Shown here in pieces: positions 11,857 through 24,092 of a DNA stretch of 64,000 nucleotides. The stretch covers positions 79,856,001-79,920,000 of the forward strand of contig NC_067403.1 of assembly GCF_016432865.1 (NCBI RefSeq). The letters are read 5' to 3'. This DNA is from Antechinus flavipes (taxonomy: Eukaryota). Every line of letters begins with the position of its first letter. Positions within the stretch are counted from its first letter, which is position 1. A model generated the notes under the pieces. The model did no database searches. It was not told the DNA's origin and worked only from the letters and a program-made list of their open reading frames with translations. The translations under genes and the position numbers were made by a program.

Positions 11857-12141
11857 CTGGCTTGGATTTTGTTCTTTTACTGTATCTTACAAAGAATACC
11901 ACCAGCAAAGACAGCAGGAGCAGTAACACCAGTGGGACCCCCACCATTAGCAGAAACTCTGGGCTCAACACACTCTCTGACACAGGTGAGGGAGATGTAG
12001 TTGGAATTTGGAAGCTATTCCCCGGGCTGGAATCATCTTCTCCTTGTTCTGTGATAGAAGTCAATTCTACCTCATTTGTAGGGATTATTTCTTCTTTGGA
12101 AAATGACCCTTCTCCAGAATATTCTGAATCTGTAGCAAAAC
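11857..12141 (-). CDS. TMEM154: TMEM154 coding exon 2 (acidic Ser/Thr-rich ectodomain, TM helix, basic stop-transfer)
   Basis: Acceptor tgtttctacAG|GT and donor CCAG|GTAAGT; 285 nt, phase 1 to 1. Peptide EFLLMVGVPLVLLLLLSLLVVFFVRYSKRTK aligns with recalled human EFILMVLIPLILLVLLLLSVVFLATYYKRKRTK. EYSGE aligns with ENSGD. Confidence 0.93.
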
Positions 12142-12960
12142 CTGTAGAAACACATACACATTGGCACGCAGACAAAGCTGATGTGTTGTTTTTCATGACT
12201 TTTAAGTGATTCCGTCCACACCCAGGGAGAAAACTTGTTTCGCTGAACGCTTTTTTCTCTAGTTCAGTTTGGTATGGGCAGTGGTTCCCAGACTTTTCAA
12301 GGATGACAGCCCATTCATTTTTAAATACAAAGATTAATTTATTTGAAAAAAATTTTTTTGCTTTCACATATAAGATTATAGATTTAGAAATGACATTTAG
12401 AAGTCGTCTAGCCAAGCCCTTCTCATAGACATTAACTGATTCTTCCAAGGACACATGAATAGCAGATGCAGCTTCCTTTAATGACAGTCACCAGTCTGAT
12501 CCTTTCTACTGAGTCTTGAGTAGCTGTCATGTCTTTGACCAGAGATCATTTACCTTAGCTACCCAATATCACAAATTTTAATCTTCTTTGGATGCAACTT
12601 CCTGGTCCAGGGGCTTAGGTCTCTCTAGTTAGACAGCTCACCACACCAAATGGGAACCATTCCTTTTGCATCCTGATTTTAATTTAGGATGCCCCCTCGT
12701 TAGTTGTTTGTGTAAGAGTTATTCACCTCAAAGCTACCAAATGTTTTTTCAAATTCAGGGTCTCCTAGTTTTCTAATTCCAAAGCTCTTAAATCTTCCAG
12801 GTAGGTGAATAAGCAGTAAAAGGCACAGAGTCATCATAAGCTTTTCTTTTTGCCCAACTGCATGCTTAATCTTTCATGGTCAAATTTAGTCAAGTCTTAA
12901 AAAAGCTTTGGGCTTATTTTTATAGTTTTTTATTGTTAAAGTTTTTCCTGCTCGCTACAA

Positions 12961-12980
12961 CAGCAGCAGCAGCAGCAGCA
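12961..12980. repeat. (CAG)6-7 microsatellite in intron 1
   Basis: cagcagcagcagcagcagca. Confidence 0.9.
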
Positions 12981-14559
12981 TCTAAGCTGGACCACCAGAG
13001 TCCATGGCTGAGATGAGTCAAGGTTCTGCCTTCTCAATTCCCTGGGAGTTTCATTTTCACCCTCACCATTTTCTTCTGTATTATTGCATGCATTTCTCCC
13101 TTCCATATTTTGTTCTGAAAAGTAGTATCAAATATATATGGATATATATATATGGATATATATATATGAGACAATATACAAACACACAGATATGTTATCT
13201 GAAAAGAACAGTTTATAACACAAACTTGTTGTGAGGATCAAATAAGCTAATATATGCAAAATATTTTGTAAATCTTAAATCATTTTAAAAGGACAACAAT
13301 CATTTTTATGATTATTAGCATATTGATTTAACATTGACTTAAAATATGAGAAATAGTATGGCATCACAGACAGACAGCAGTGGGTCTCTGAATAGGAAGA
13401 TCTGAGTTTGAGTCTTTCTTGACATATATAGGCTGTCACTTTGGGCAAATCGTTAAACTTCTGGATGCCCCAGGTATGACTCTAAGATTTTAAGTTGCAG
13501 AGCTAGTGCTGAGCTTCACTGGTGGAGGAAGTTTTCTCATTAGGAATTCCCTATTCCAGTGAAATTACTAGTATGCTCTACCTAAAATCGATTTCACATA
13601 TTAAGAGCATTAACAGCACATTTGAATAAACAGAATAGAGGGAGATACAAAGAGAGAAAAAGGCAGTCAGACAGACAGAGACAAAANNNNNNNNNNNNNN
13701 NNNNNNNNNNNNNNNNNNNNNNNNNNNNNNNNNNNNNNNNNNNNNNNNNNNNNNNNNNNNNNNNNNNNNNNNNNNNNNNNNNNNNNNNNNNNNNNNNNNN
13801 NNNNNNNNNNNNNNNNNNNNNNNNNNNNNNNNNNNNNNNNNNNNNNNTAAATAAAGCATTGAGAAGCCTTGTTGATTTAATACAATTCACAGTCCTAGTT
13901 TAGAAATACTGCAGGCTGTCTTTATTTTTTGTTCAAATTTAGGTAAAACTTCCATGACCTCCAAACTCTGGTATTGTTGTGAACTGTTTGAAGGGATGTC
14001 ATGAAATTCTCTGAAACCAAATAATTTAAATTCTATGGTGACATTAACATATGTCATACAACACTTTGGGTAGTGGAAGAGGAAGGATGTATTGTTAAAT
14101 TGAATAAACAATTAAAAGGGATCCAAGTTCTAAAGGACTGGGAATTGATGATAGAGAATGAATTAAAACTGAACTGTATGTGGTGATTTCCATCTCTGAA
14201 ACAATGACTCATAATTTGTGGGACTCTGCTAGACTGACTACAATCCTCCTGGGCATTTCATGAAAACAAGATGCATATCACTTGAAATTCTCTTGGGGCA
14301 GCTTCATAAGAACCAGGAAGCAGCTTCAATGATTATATGGTAATTTAATAGAATATCTAGAAATTTTTCACTATGAAAAAACATACAGGAAAACTACTCT
14401 TTTCCAAACTCCAAGTATTTGATTTTTAAATGACCATGCAAATGAGCATCTGAGACAGAGTAGATGTATTTACCAGCATTCATTTGGAGGTGGGAGGAAT
14501 GCTGTTATCCATATTTCTAAAAAATCTACTTGCCAATTGATTCATCTTTCCATATTGTT

Positions 14560-14830
14560 CTGGTTGTTGTTGTTGAGTCATTTCAGTTATGTTCAACTCT
14601 CTGTAACCCTGCTTGGGTTGGTTTTGGTTGTTTGTTATTTTTCTTGTTGTTTTGGCAAAGATACTAGAGTAGTTCGCCAGTTCTTTCTCCGGTTCATTTT
14701 ACAGATGAGGAAACTGAGGCAAAGTTAGGTGACCTGTCAGGGTCACAGAACCAGTAAGAGTCTGGGGTTGGATTTGGATACAAGTCCTCCTGACTCCTGG
14801 GCTCATGCTTAATTCACCTAGTTGCCTCTC
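14560..14830 (-). mobile_element. Mar1-like CORE-SINE
   Basis: gttgttgagtcatttcagtt..tttggcaaagatactagagtagttcgccagttctttctccggttcattttacagatgagg. Confidence 0.8.
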
Positions 14831-15129
14831 ATCTTTCCATACTTTCATAGTTAACTGAAGAAAAGTTGAAAGGTTTCATTTTCACCAGAGTAAACTGGGA
14901 CCCATAGTTTAATGGGAACCAATTTGAGAAAATTTTATTTACCTATACATTCAAATGTGGCCTCAGCCAAGTGGCCTTAAACTCTGGCTCAGTTTCTCAT
15001 GTGTAAAATGAGGATAATAATGTATCTTCCTAATAATAATGTATCTACATTATTATGTATTCTTTACATTGTTACATAACAACATTATTCCGTTGTTGTG
15101 AAGCTCAGATAAGATCAGATAATGCAATC

Positions 15130-15280
15130 TCTCTTTCTCTCTCTCCCCTTTCTCTTCTATCTGAATCTATCTTTCTCTTCACTCTCTTCTCTCTACCTCT
15201 CTTTCCCTTCCCCCATCTCTCTCTCTCTGTGTCTCTGGGTATTGCCTTCCTTTTCTTTCTCTTCCCTCCTTCCCCCTCCA
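15130..15280. repeat. TC-rich low-complexity tract
   Basis: ctctttctctctctcccctttctcttctatct... Confidence 0.85.
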
Positions 15281-16099
15281 TTAACTAGGAGGATCCTAAG
15301 TAAAAATCAAAAAGTATAGGAAATAGTTCCCATAAGCTGGGATGAGGTGACTAACTAGAAAGGCTTTTGCACATAATAGGTATTATACAAATGTTAGCTT
15401 TGATTATGGCAGGATATATGGTCTTCTTGGGAACTATAGCCCCCGAGAAGCTTGTGTGGAGAGCAGCAGGTAATGTGAATATCCAGAATTTCCATTTTTA
15501 TTGGCCACTCCAAGTCCAATAAGTGGCAAACCCAGACAGCTTCTGGGAATTTGAGTGTGGAAATGGTGGTACAGAAGGCTGAGCTATGGAAAATGTCCTG
15601 TCATCCTGAAGATGAAGTCATATCTCTGCCTCTAAAGTGATCGAATGCTGGCTCTGTAGCTAAACTGCCTGTTATAACATTTAACTTCTCTTACTTTTCG
15701 TTCCCTTATCTAGAAAAATGAGAATTGGCTTAGTTGAGCTCTAAGATCTGACAGCTATCAATCCTATTGTTTACTGTCAAATTGGACATAGAATTGATAG
15801 TTTTGCATTTTTTCACACTTGTATATAAACTAATTACTCTAATTTGAGTTAAAATTGCCCAGAGAATCTGCTTGTCTTGGTTGTACAGATAAACTCTTCT
15901 TTCAGTCAATCCTCCTTGCTTTTTCCAAAGTTAGAGGTTATCCTGGCTTCTCTATGTCAAGGGAATGAATCTAAGTTTTAGCACGTTCTACCAATGTGCA
16001 AAGAGTTTGCTTCTATTGTCTAAATGAAAACTTACTTAAGGTTGGGAAGATAGATCACCAGGTTAGCTGCAGTTAGATACATGTTTTTAGCTATTGAAA

Positions 16100-16620
16100 C
16101 TTTAAAAAAAAATGCATTGACATTTTATTTTTCTGTTGCCAATATTTTTCCCTCTTCCCCCCCCCATTTCTGAAAGCTGTCTCTTATAACAAAGAATTTT
16201 TTTAAAAAAAGATGAAAATGAGGGGAAAAATCAGCAAAACTAATAAATACATTGAAAATATGGAAACATATGCAGTGTGCGCACATGAAATCAAGAAAAC
16301 ATAATGACTATATCAGTGTAAATGGAAAGAACAACCACCTTAAAACAATCAAAAATAAATGCTGAAAAATTACGAAGAATAATCCCAGTCCCAAAGAAGA
16401 GAGATAAGAAGACATCTCCGTCTATAGTAATTATGTATATTGTTCTCTTGGTTTTACCTGATTTACTTTACATCAGTCTAGGTACATGTTTTGATGCTTC
16501 TCTGTATCCAACATATTTCTCATGGATTATAACATAGTGATATTCCATTATATTCATGCACTATTAGATGTTCCCCAATCAATGATTATCCATCTACTAT
16601 GTTTCTAGTCCTTTTCCATC
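16100..16620 (-). mobile_element. L1/HAL1 3' end fragment
   Basis: aaaatcagcaaaactaataaatacattgaaa..tttacttcatcagtc..atagtgatattccattatattcatgcac..atgttccccaatcaatg. Confidence 0.65.
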
Positions 16621-17219
16621 ATCACATTTCTTGAAGACCATTTACTAATTCCATTCAATTCAAAAAGTATTTGGTGAAAGAGGTTGTGTGATATGTCCCT
16701 ACAGAGAAGAATCTTCAAAGCAGATTTATTCATTAAAACATATCTGCATTTGCAGCCCACTCATCTCCTTTCCTTTTGTATGATCCGAGTATGTCTGTCT
16801 CTTTCTTCTAGAGCTCTGACCTCTTCACATGCTTACAAGTCACTTTGACTTAAAGTAATTTCATTGTGCCATGTCTCATATATTTACACATAAAATGTTT
16901 TGTGATGCACTGGAAGTTTTTTTAGGAACAATAATGCCTTGATTTATAGGTCTGTTCTTTCTTTAATGATTGATGGTCAGCAATGAAATCAGCTTATATT
17001 TCCTTCCCAAAACCAGGACATGAAATTCACACATCCAGAACCAATTCCTATTCTCACCTAACCTCTCCTCTCTCTCTTACTACTGCAGCCTAGAGTTATT
17101 CTATTCAATATATGATCTGATGAAAAGAACCAAAGATCTGGATTCAAAACCATACTGTGCCATTTACTCACTATGTGATGCTGAGCAAGTTATTAACTTT
17201 TCTTGCCCTCAGTTTCCTT

Positions 17220-18610
17220 ATTTAATTCAATTATCTTAGTATTTATTAAATAAATGTCTATGATGTAAAAACTTTTCTAACTGCTAAGGATATAAATATA
17301 AAATGAAAAATAATTCCTGTCCTCAAGGAGCTTACATTCTTAGGGGTTGGGTGATAACATGTTTAAATTACATATTATACAAGATACTTTAGGAAGGAGA
17401 TAGTATTGACATACAGTGTTAAAAAAAAAAAAAAAAGATTTCCTACAGGAGTTCATTCCTTGAAAGCAATTACAAATTCTAAAAGGTGAAGATGGAAGAA
17501 GTGCATTTTACACATGAAACCAACCAATGAGAGTACAGAAGGAAGAGATGGAATATTGAGTTTGGGAGTTAGCAAATAGGATAGCTTATCCAGAATGTAC
17601 TTTAAGACTGGAGTAATACGATGTATCCAAAAAATAGATTTGATTCAAGGTAAAAATGCTTTGCATTTTATTCTAAACATCAGAAGAAATCATTGAAGAC
17701 TATTAAGCATGATCAGATTTGTGCTTTAGATTAAATTTTGGCAAATTGGGAGAGAAATTGGAAAATGGAGAGATTGGAAAGTGGAATTCCAATTAGGAAG
17801 CTGCTTCAATAGTCCAGACAAGAGAACCTGATTTAGAGTGTGAGGGTAAAGAAGATAGCAAATGCTACAGATGTGGTAGAAGTAAAATTGACAAGTTTTA
17901 ACAACTGTTTAGATATAGGGTGATGAGAGAGAAGACTTAGAAATGAGTTTGTGTTTACAAAACTGGAAGGCTGGAAGATGGTGGTATCCTCAGTTGAAAT
18001 AAGCAGTTTTGGAGAAAAGGTAAGCTTAGGGGGAAAGATAATGACTTCAATTTTGCATATGCTGAGTTTTAGATAGCTATGGAAAGCTTGAAAGTATAAT
18101 GAGTAGACTTTTGGACCTGGAGTCAGGAAGACAAGTTCAAATTTAGCCTCAGATACTGATTAGCTGTGTGACCCTGGATGGGTCACTTAACTTATTCACC
18201 TCGGTTTCCTTATCTGCAAAATGGGGAAAATAATAGCCTTTGCCTTCCAGGTTTCTTCCAGGGAAAACTCAAGTTGGAGACTGACAGTTGGTGATGTAGT
18301 ATTACAAGTCATCTTGATTTGAAGGTCATCTACAAAGAGATGATAAGAGAATTTAAGAGAGGGTGAAGAGAAAAGTAGGGGCTAAGACAGAGACTTGGAA
18401 AACACCTATGGTTAGACAATGGGACATGGATGATTAGTTTAGGAAGAATTTTGAGGAGTGATCCGAGAGGTAGAAGGAGAACCAAGAGAATGATATCACA
18501 AAAGCTGAGGAAGGAAGAAAAGAGAAGGGAATGGTCAACAGTATTCTAAAATGCAGAGAAGTCAAGAAGGATGAGGATTAAGGAAAAGCCACTGATTTTA
18601 GTTGTTAAAT
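17220..18610 (-). mobile_element. L2 fragment (MIR inserted at ~18080-18250; continues at 19310-19510 after BovB)
   Basis: tatttattaa..cctgtcctcaaggagcttacattct..gagagatgataagagaatt..gcagagaagtcaagaaggatgaggatt resembles reverse L2. Confidence 0.75.
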
Positions 18611-18613
18611 CCA

Positions 18614-19300
18614 ATGGCAGAAAGTGAAGAGGAATTCACCCTCTTGAGGAGTATAAAAAATGAAAGTATCCAAGCTGGCTTGAAGCTTAACATCAAAAAA
18701 ACTTAGATATTGGCAACTGGTCCTATCACTTCTGGCAAATAAAGGAAGAAGAAATGGAAGCAGGATCAGATATGATATTCTTGGGCTTAAAAATCACTGC
18801 AGATAGCAATTGCAGTGCTTGCTCCTTGGAATAAAAAGCTATGACAAATCTGAACAGCATACTAAAAAGCAGAGATATTGTCTTGTCGACAAAGTCCTAT
18901 ATAGATATAGATAGATATATAGTCAAAGCTGTAGTTTTTCCAATAACAACGTATGTGAGAATTGGACTATAGGGAAAATGGAGTGTTATATAGAAGTGAT
19001 ACTTTGAAATTGTGGGGCTGGAGAAGATTTCATCAAATCCATCAATACTTAAATTAATTCACGCTCTTCAATGGAAGGTCCAATACTGAAGTTAAAATAG
19101 TTTGGGCGCATAATGAGAAAAATGGAACTCAATGCAATGTTGGGAAAAATGAAGGGAAAAGGAAAAGTGGATAACAGAGGATAAGATAGTATCAATGAAC
19201 CTGAATTCAACAGACTTTGAGAGAGAGTGGACGATAAAAGGGCCTCTCTACTCCATTATCTATGGGATCACAAAGAATAGGCAATGACTGAACAACTGAA
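18614..19300 (+). mobile_element. BovB (RTE clade) LINE 3' fragment, decayed
   Basis: atggcagaaagtgaagaggaa..ggcttgaagcttaacatc..ggtcctatcacttc..aaaatcactgcagat..cttgctccttggaa..aaagctatgacaaatct..ctaaaaagcagagat..tagtcaaagctg..gactgaacaactgaa is collinear with the recalled BovB 3' end. Confidence 0.9.
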
Positions 19301-20059
19301 TAATATTAGTAATTAAGATATACTTGAGAACTTAAAAAAGAACAGTTTTACAAGGATTGGAAACCAGTATGCAAGGGATTGAGAAGAGTGTGAGAGGTGA
19401 TGAAATGGAGGCAATGACTATAAAGGGCTTTTTCTATGAATTTGGTGGCAAAAAGAAGGGGAGATATAAGATAGTTTTAGGGAATGATGAAATCAAAGGA
19501 AGGTTTTATAATGGTAGAGGTCAACTGGCCTACTCTTGTCCCCCAACCTCTTCTTCAAGTCCTGAAGTCTATGTCTTCCCCACAATGGGTTAGTGTACTA
19601 AAGTCTCTCCCCCAGCAACTACATTACCCTAGACACTCAAAATGCTAGTTACAGCCTCATAAGAAGCTGACATTACACTTTCAATCTGCTGCTGCTGCAA
19701 AGCTCTTTGCCCCAGAGGTGAATTGTGAGCCACGTGAACCACAGAAGTAGCATAGTCTGGTTCAACCATCATCATTTAATGAGAAAAAATCCAGGATGGA
19801 AGAGTTTCAACATAAAACTTCCATTTCACCATGTGACTTTAGAAGAAATGTATTTAACTAGGGGATGGGGGGATGAGGGAAAGGGATGAAATTATTTTAA
19901 AATATTTTGATAATAATTTTATTTTTTATTCTTTTTAATACTCAATCAGTAAATGTTTATAGAATGTCGATTTTTCCAGGCACTGTACTAAACACTGAGA
20001 GTATAAAGAAATAATACAATTGAATAAAAAAACAAACAAACATACATATAGAAATTTGT

Positions 20060-20283
20060 ATTCCATATTACTATTCAATCATGTCCAACTCTTTATGACC
20101 TCATGGGCCATACTGTCCATGGGGTTTTCTTGGCAAAGACAATGGAGTAGTTTGCCATTCCTTTCTTCAGTTTTGTGCAGGCAGATGTTAACTGATTTGC
20201 TCAAGGTTGCACAGCTACTATCTAAGGTCATATTTCAACTCTGGTTTTTCTGACTCCAGACACAGCATTTTATCCATTTTACC
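20060..20283 (-). mobile_element. Mar1-like CORE-SINE (runs into gap)
   Basis: catgtccaactctttatgacc..ccatggggttttcttggcaaagacaatggagtagtttgccatt. Confidence 0.75.
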
Positions 20284-21704
20284 NNNNNNNNNNNNNNNNN
20301 NNNNNNNNNNNNNNNNNNNNNNNNNNNNNNNNNNNNNNNNNNNNNNNNNNNNNNNNNNNNNNNNNNNNNNNNNNNNNNNNNNNNNNNNNNNNNNNNNNNN
20401 NNNNNNNNNNNNNNNNNNNNNNNNNNNNNNNNNNNNNNNNNNNNNNNNNNNNNNNNNNNNNNNNNNNNNNNNNNNNNNNNNNNNNNNNNNNNNNNNNNNN
20501 NNNNNNNNNNNNNNNNNNNNNNNNNNNNNNNNNNNNNNNNNNNNNNNNNNNNNNNNNNNNNNNNNNNNNNNNNNNNNNNNNNNNNNNNNNNNNNNNNNNN
20601 NNNNNNNNNNNNNNNNNNNNNNNNNNNNNNNNNNNNNNNNNNNNNNNNNNNNNNNNNNNNNNNNNNNNNNNNNNNNNNNNNNNNNNNNNNNNNNNNNNNN
20701 NNNNNNNNNNNNNNNNNNNNNNNNNNNNNNNNNNNNNNNNNNNNNNNNNNNNNNNNNNNNNNNNNNNNNNNNNNNNNNNNNNNNNNNNNNNNNNNNNNNN
20801 NNNNNNNNNNNNNNNNNNNNNNNNNNNNNNNNNNNNNNNNNNNNNNNNNNNNNNNNNNATATACATATAATCAACATATATTTCTACATATATAATTTCA
20901 AAATATTTTATTTATATATACATATGTAGAGAGCTAGAGACAGATCATCTCAATGTTGTTCATTCGGTTCCCACAATTAACCACTTGCTGTCCTAATTCC
21001 CTCATTTTTTTTGGTGGAAAAAAGGACAAACATTGTGACTTCCACTCTGCTTAAAAGCCCAGATCCAGTCTACATCCCAAGAAACCCAATTATATGAGAA
21101 TAAACTGCATAATCCACTGGAGTTTATATGGATGGATGTTTGTCAACGCTGTTTATGCAAATACATGTGCCCTCTCTAATTATTGTATACATCTGGATGT
21201 ATCCCAACCCTCTACCCCCAACACTTATCCAGGTGGTTTCTGAAACACCAAAAAGAGGCTTTAGAAAAAGGGCTGGAGCAGAAGCTGCATACAAAATTGT
21301 TTCCTCCCAACCCCACCCCACAGTCTGGAGTTTTATCACACAAGTGGAAGTGACTTGGCTTCTTAAAGAAGTAAATGAGTTAATCAATGTCTCTTCTTAG
21401 AGAGCAGGTGACCAGTTTGCATACAAGGATTAAAGGAAAAAAATCTGATGTTGCCATCATATGCTTCTCCAGAGATTGACCACCCAACCAGAGATAGCAC
21501 ACTGACCCCAATAAACAAGGACTGGACAAGAGTTCAAAACCCTGCTGCTTCCTGGCTTGTGTCCTCTACTTCTATTTATCTTGGTTTGCTCACCTATCAA
21601 ATGATGGGATTTATTGAAACAAACAAAGAAGGATGAATCCCAGAAAAACAACATACATATATTATTATATACACATAAATATATATATATATAAATGTAA
21701 ACAT

Positions 21705-21950
21705 ATCTGGGTAGTGGATAGTGCTGGACCTGAAATCAGTAGTTCAAATTCAACTTCTGAGTACCAATCCAGCTTCAGACACTTACTAACTGTGTGATCC
21801 TGAGCAAGTCATTTCATCCTGTTTGCCTCAGTTTCCTCATCTGTAAAATGAACTGGAGAAGGAAATAACAAACCCTTCCAGTATCTTTGCCAAAAAAAAA
21901 AAAAAAAAAATGGAGTCAAGAAGAGTTGGGCATGACTAAAAGAATGAACA
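21705..21950 (+). mobile_element. Mar1-like CORE-SINE
   Basis: cctcagtttcctcatctgtaaaatgaactggagaaggaaataacaaacccttccagtatctttgccaa..gagtcaagaagagttgggcatgact. Confidence 0.85.
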
Positions 21951-22068
21951 ATAAACCATAGCAACACACATCTGAATATAACAATGGAAATGGAAATGAA
22001 AACAAAAATTAAAACTAAATATAGTGTTAATTATAATGAATAAGTTTGACCCTAAGAAGACATATTTC

Positions 22069-22240
22069 CAAAAGTGCACTGGTAAATGTTTAACAACCAG
22101 CTCTACAGAGGGAAAAATATACTGCAGGATCTACTTTTAAATCTAATCAGCATCATTAATATTTTCTCTATTTCTTTCTTAAGTCCAGACAATCTACAAA
22201 ACAATTCATCAAGCTGCCAATTTCCAAAGTGCAAGAGCTC
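22069..22240. mobile_element. Truncated second copy of the Joey1-like hAT element
   Basis: ctggtaaatgtttaacaaccagctct..cttaagtccagacaatc..aagctg..atttcc..agtg matches the interior of 9199-9441. Confidence 0.6.
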
Positions 22241-22928
22241 ACTCTTTTAGCCATTAGCCTTGAAAATAGGCATGAGTTCATTGCAACATGGCCTGCTCAG
22301 TTCCTCCTTTGCAGGAGAATGGAGAGGTCAGTGGAAATGGGATGCTGCATATCCTATTGAACTTTTAATTGGTTTTACTCAAGTGCTTTTCTTTTCCTTT
22401 TGATTTTTTATATTCATTGTTATAATAAAAAATGACTCTGGATAGGAGAAGAGAGAGGAATATTAGAAAGTGAAGATTTAAAAAAAAAGGGATGGGAGCT
22501 AGACTAGATATTCATTAATGAATGTCACAGCTCTAAATCCCACATATTAAAGATAATATTAAGCTCTAACTATACATGAATTCGCTGAGTGGGTTTCAAT
22601 CAAGAAGTTTCTATTATCTCAGGTATTTATGAGCTGAGATTTTCTTAACTCTTCTATTAAGTAGTTGTCAAGTAAGACACAAGGGCCGTTAGGCCAATGG
22701 CCAAAAGGAAGGTAGAGGGAGAAAAGCACTAGCATTAGAAGAGAAGGCTGGGGGTTCAACTCTGACCATTTTTGAACTAGGTGATGTAGCACAGGTTTTT
22801 TCCCTTCTCTGTCTCTCAGTTTCATCACCTATGAAAGTAGGGGTTGGACTAGATGAATTGTCGGATCCTTACCTCTAAATCAATGGAGCTGAGTTCAAAT
22901 TCTGAACAATAATGATCTTTCCTCTAAA

Positions 22929-23159
22929 CAAGGCTTCTTAAACTTTTTCCACTCAATATCTCTTTTTGCCTAAGTATACAGTATAAAATAGATATATGTG
23001 AATCAAACATTTACTGATAATAAATCATGATTTCATAATTCATTTCATGATTATCAGTAAATGATTTGTCTACCTATTTATATATCTATATACCTGAAGT
23101 TGAATAAAAATTTCTCAGGCAAAAAGGGATCACAAGTGATAAAAGTTTAAGAAGTCCTG
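22929..23159. mobile_element. hAT-Charlie-type MITE with long inverted repeats
   Basis: CAAGGCTTCTTAAACTTTT versus reverse complement of right end CAGGACTTCTTAAACTTTT (17/19), extending imperfectly to ~46 bp. Flanks ctctaaac / atatagac resemble the NTCTAGAN hAT target site. Confidence 0.8.
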
Positions 23160-23430
23160 ATATAGACACAAATGGCAGTCTACTAATAATCTGCTCCAGA
23201 TGCACAGCCTTTGCCTTTTTCTGCTCCCAGAATAAAGTCATGCAAGATCATCTCCCCCTTCCTTTCTTCCTTGAACCTTCTTGACAAAAGTAGGTGAAAT
23301 CAGAAAATAGGAAGTGAAAGTAGTTGAAGTCCAAGACCCTGCATTTCAAACAAGCACCTTCTCAGCTTTGCAGGTGTTGTTTTCTAGCAAAAGCCAACAA
23401 AGTGAAAATAGAAAGAAAGACTGAGCCCAG

Positions 23431-23432
<2 letters not shown>

Positions 23433-23484
<52 letters not shown>

Positions 23485-24092
23485 ACTCACTCACTTGGGG
23501 AGAAAGAATTCAGAAATTCAGAGATAGACAGAGATACAGAGACAGAAATAGACCAGACAAAGAGAGAGACACAGAGAAACAAAGACAGAGATTTGGAGAT
23601 AGAGACAAACATACAGAGATAGAGGTAAACTGAGACAAACACAGAGATAGCAACAAACACAGAGAGAGAGGAAAGACAGACACAGACACAGAGACAGAGA
23701 TACAGAGACAGAGACAGGCAGAGAAAGACACACAAACAGAGATAGACAGAGAAATGGAGACAGAGAGACAGAGACAGCGAGACAGAGGCACGGAGAGAGA
23801 TAGAGACGTACAGAGACAGACACACAGAGAAACAGAGACAAAGACACAGACACAGAAAGACAGAGAGAAACAGCAACAGATGCAAAGGGGAAAGACAAAG
23901 ACAGAGACATCACACATAGAGGAGAGACAGAAAAAAACACACAGAAACAGAGAGAGATACACACAGAGAGAAGAGAGATAGAGGTTAACTACACAGAGAC
24001 AGAGAGACAGAGAAAGAGAGAAGAGAGACAAACACAGAGAAGAGAGAGAGGAGAGAGAGAGGCAGAGAGACAGAGACAGACAGTCAGAGACA
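23433..24092. repeat. (CA)n microsatellite followed by ~570-bp GA/GACA-rich tract
   Basis: acacac.. to ~23494, then gagatagacagagatacagagacag.. Confidence 0.95.

Noticed and set aside
11813-12454. 213-aa ORF as a single-exon membrane protein
   Set aside because: It starts at a non-ATG codon, and its first ~104 codons are intronic and partly MIR-derived. A strong acceptor at 12142 and a perfect donor at 11856 bound the TMEM154-like part. An in-frame ATG (MKNNTS..) upstream has no signal peptide.
21060-21640. Non-repeat-looking ORFs (90 and 62 aa) considered as an endogenous viral element or extra exon; likewise 27178-27522 and 37198-37434
   Set aside because: No viral, Ig or lectin motifs that I can recognise, and no convincing splice-site pair. 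A TBLASTX against viral proteins would be needed to exclude this fully.
23487-24031. Long Leu/Ser/Cys/Val or Arg/Glu/Asp/Thr ORFs (also 43923-44488)
   Set aside because: Translations of GA/TC simple repeats, which lack stops by composition.
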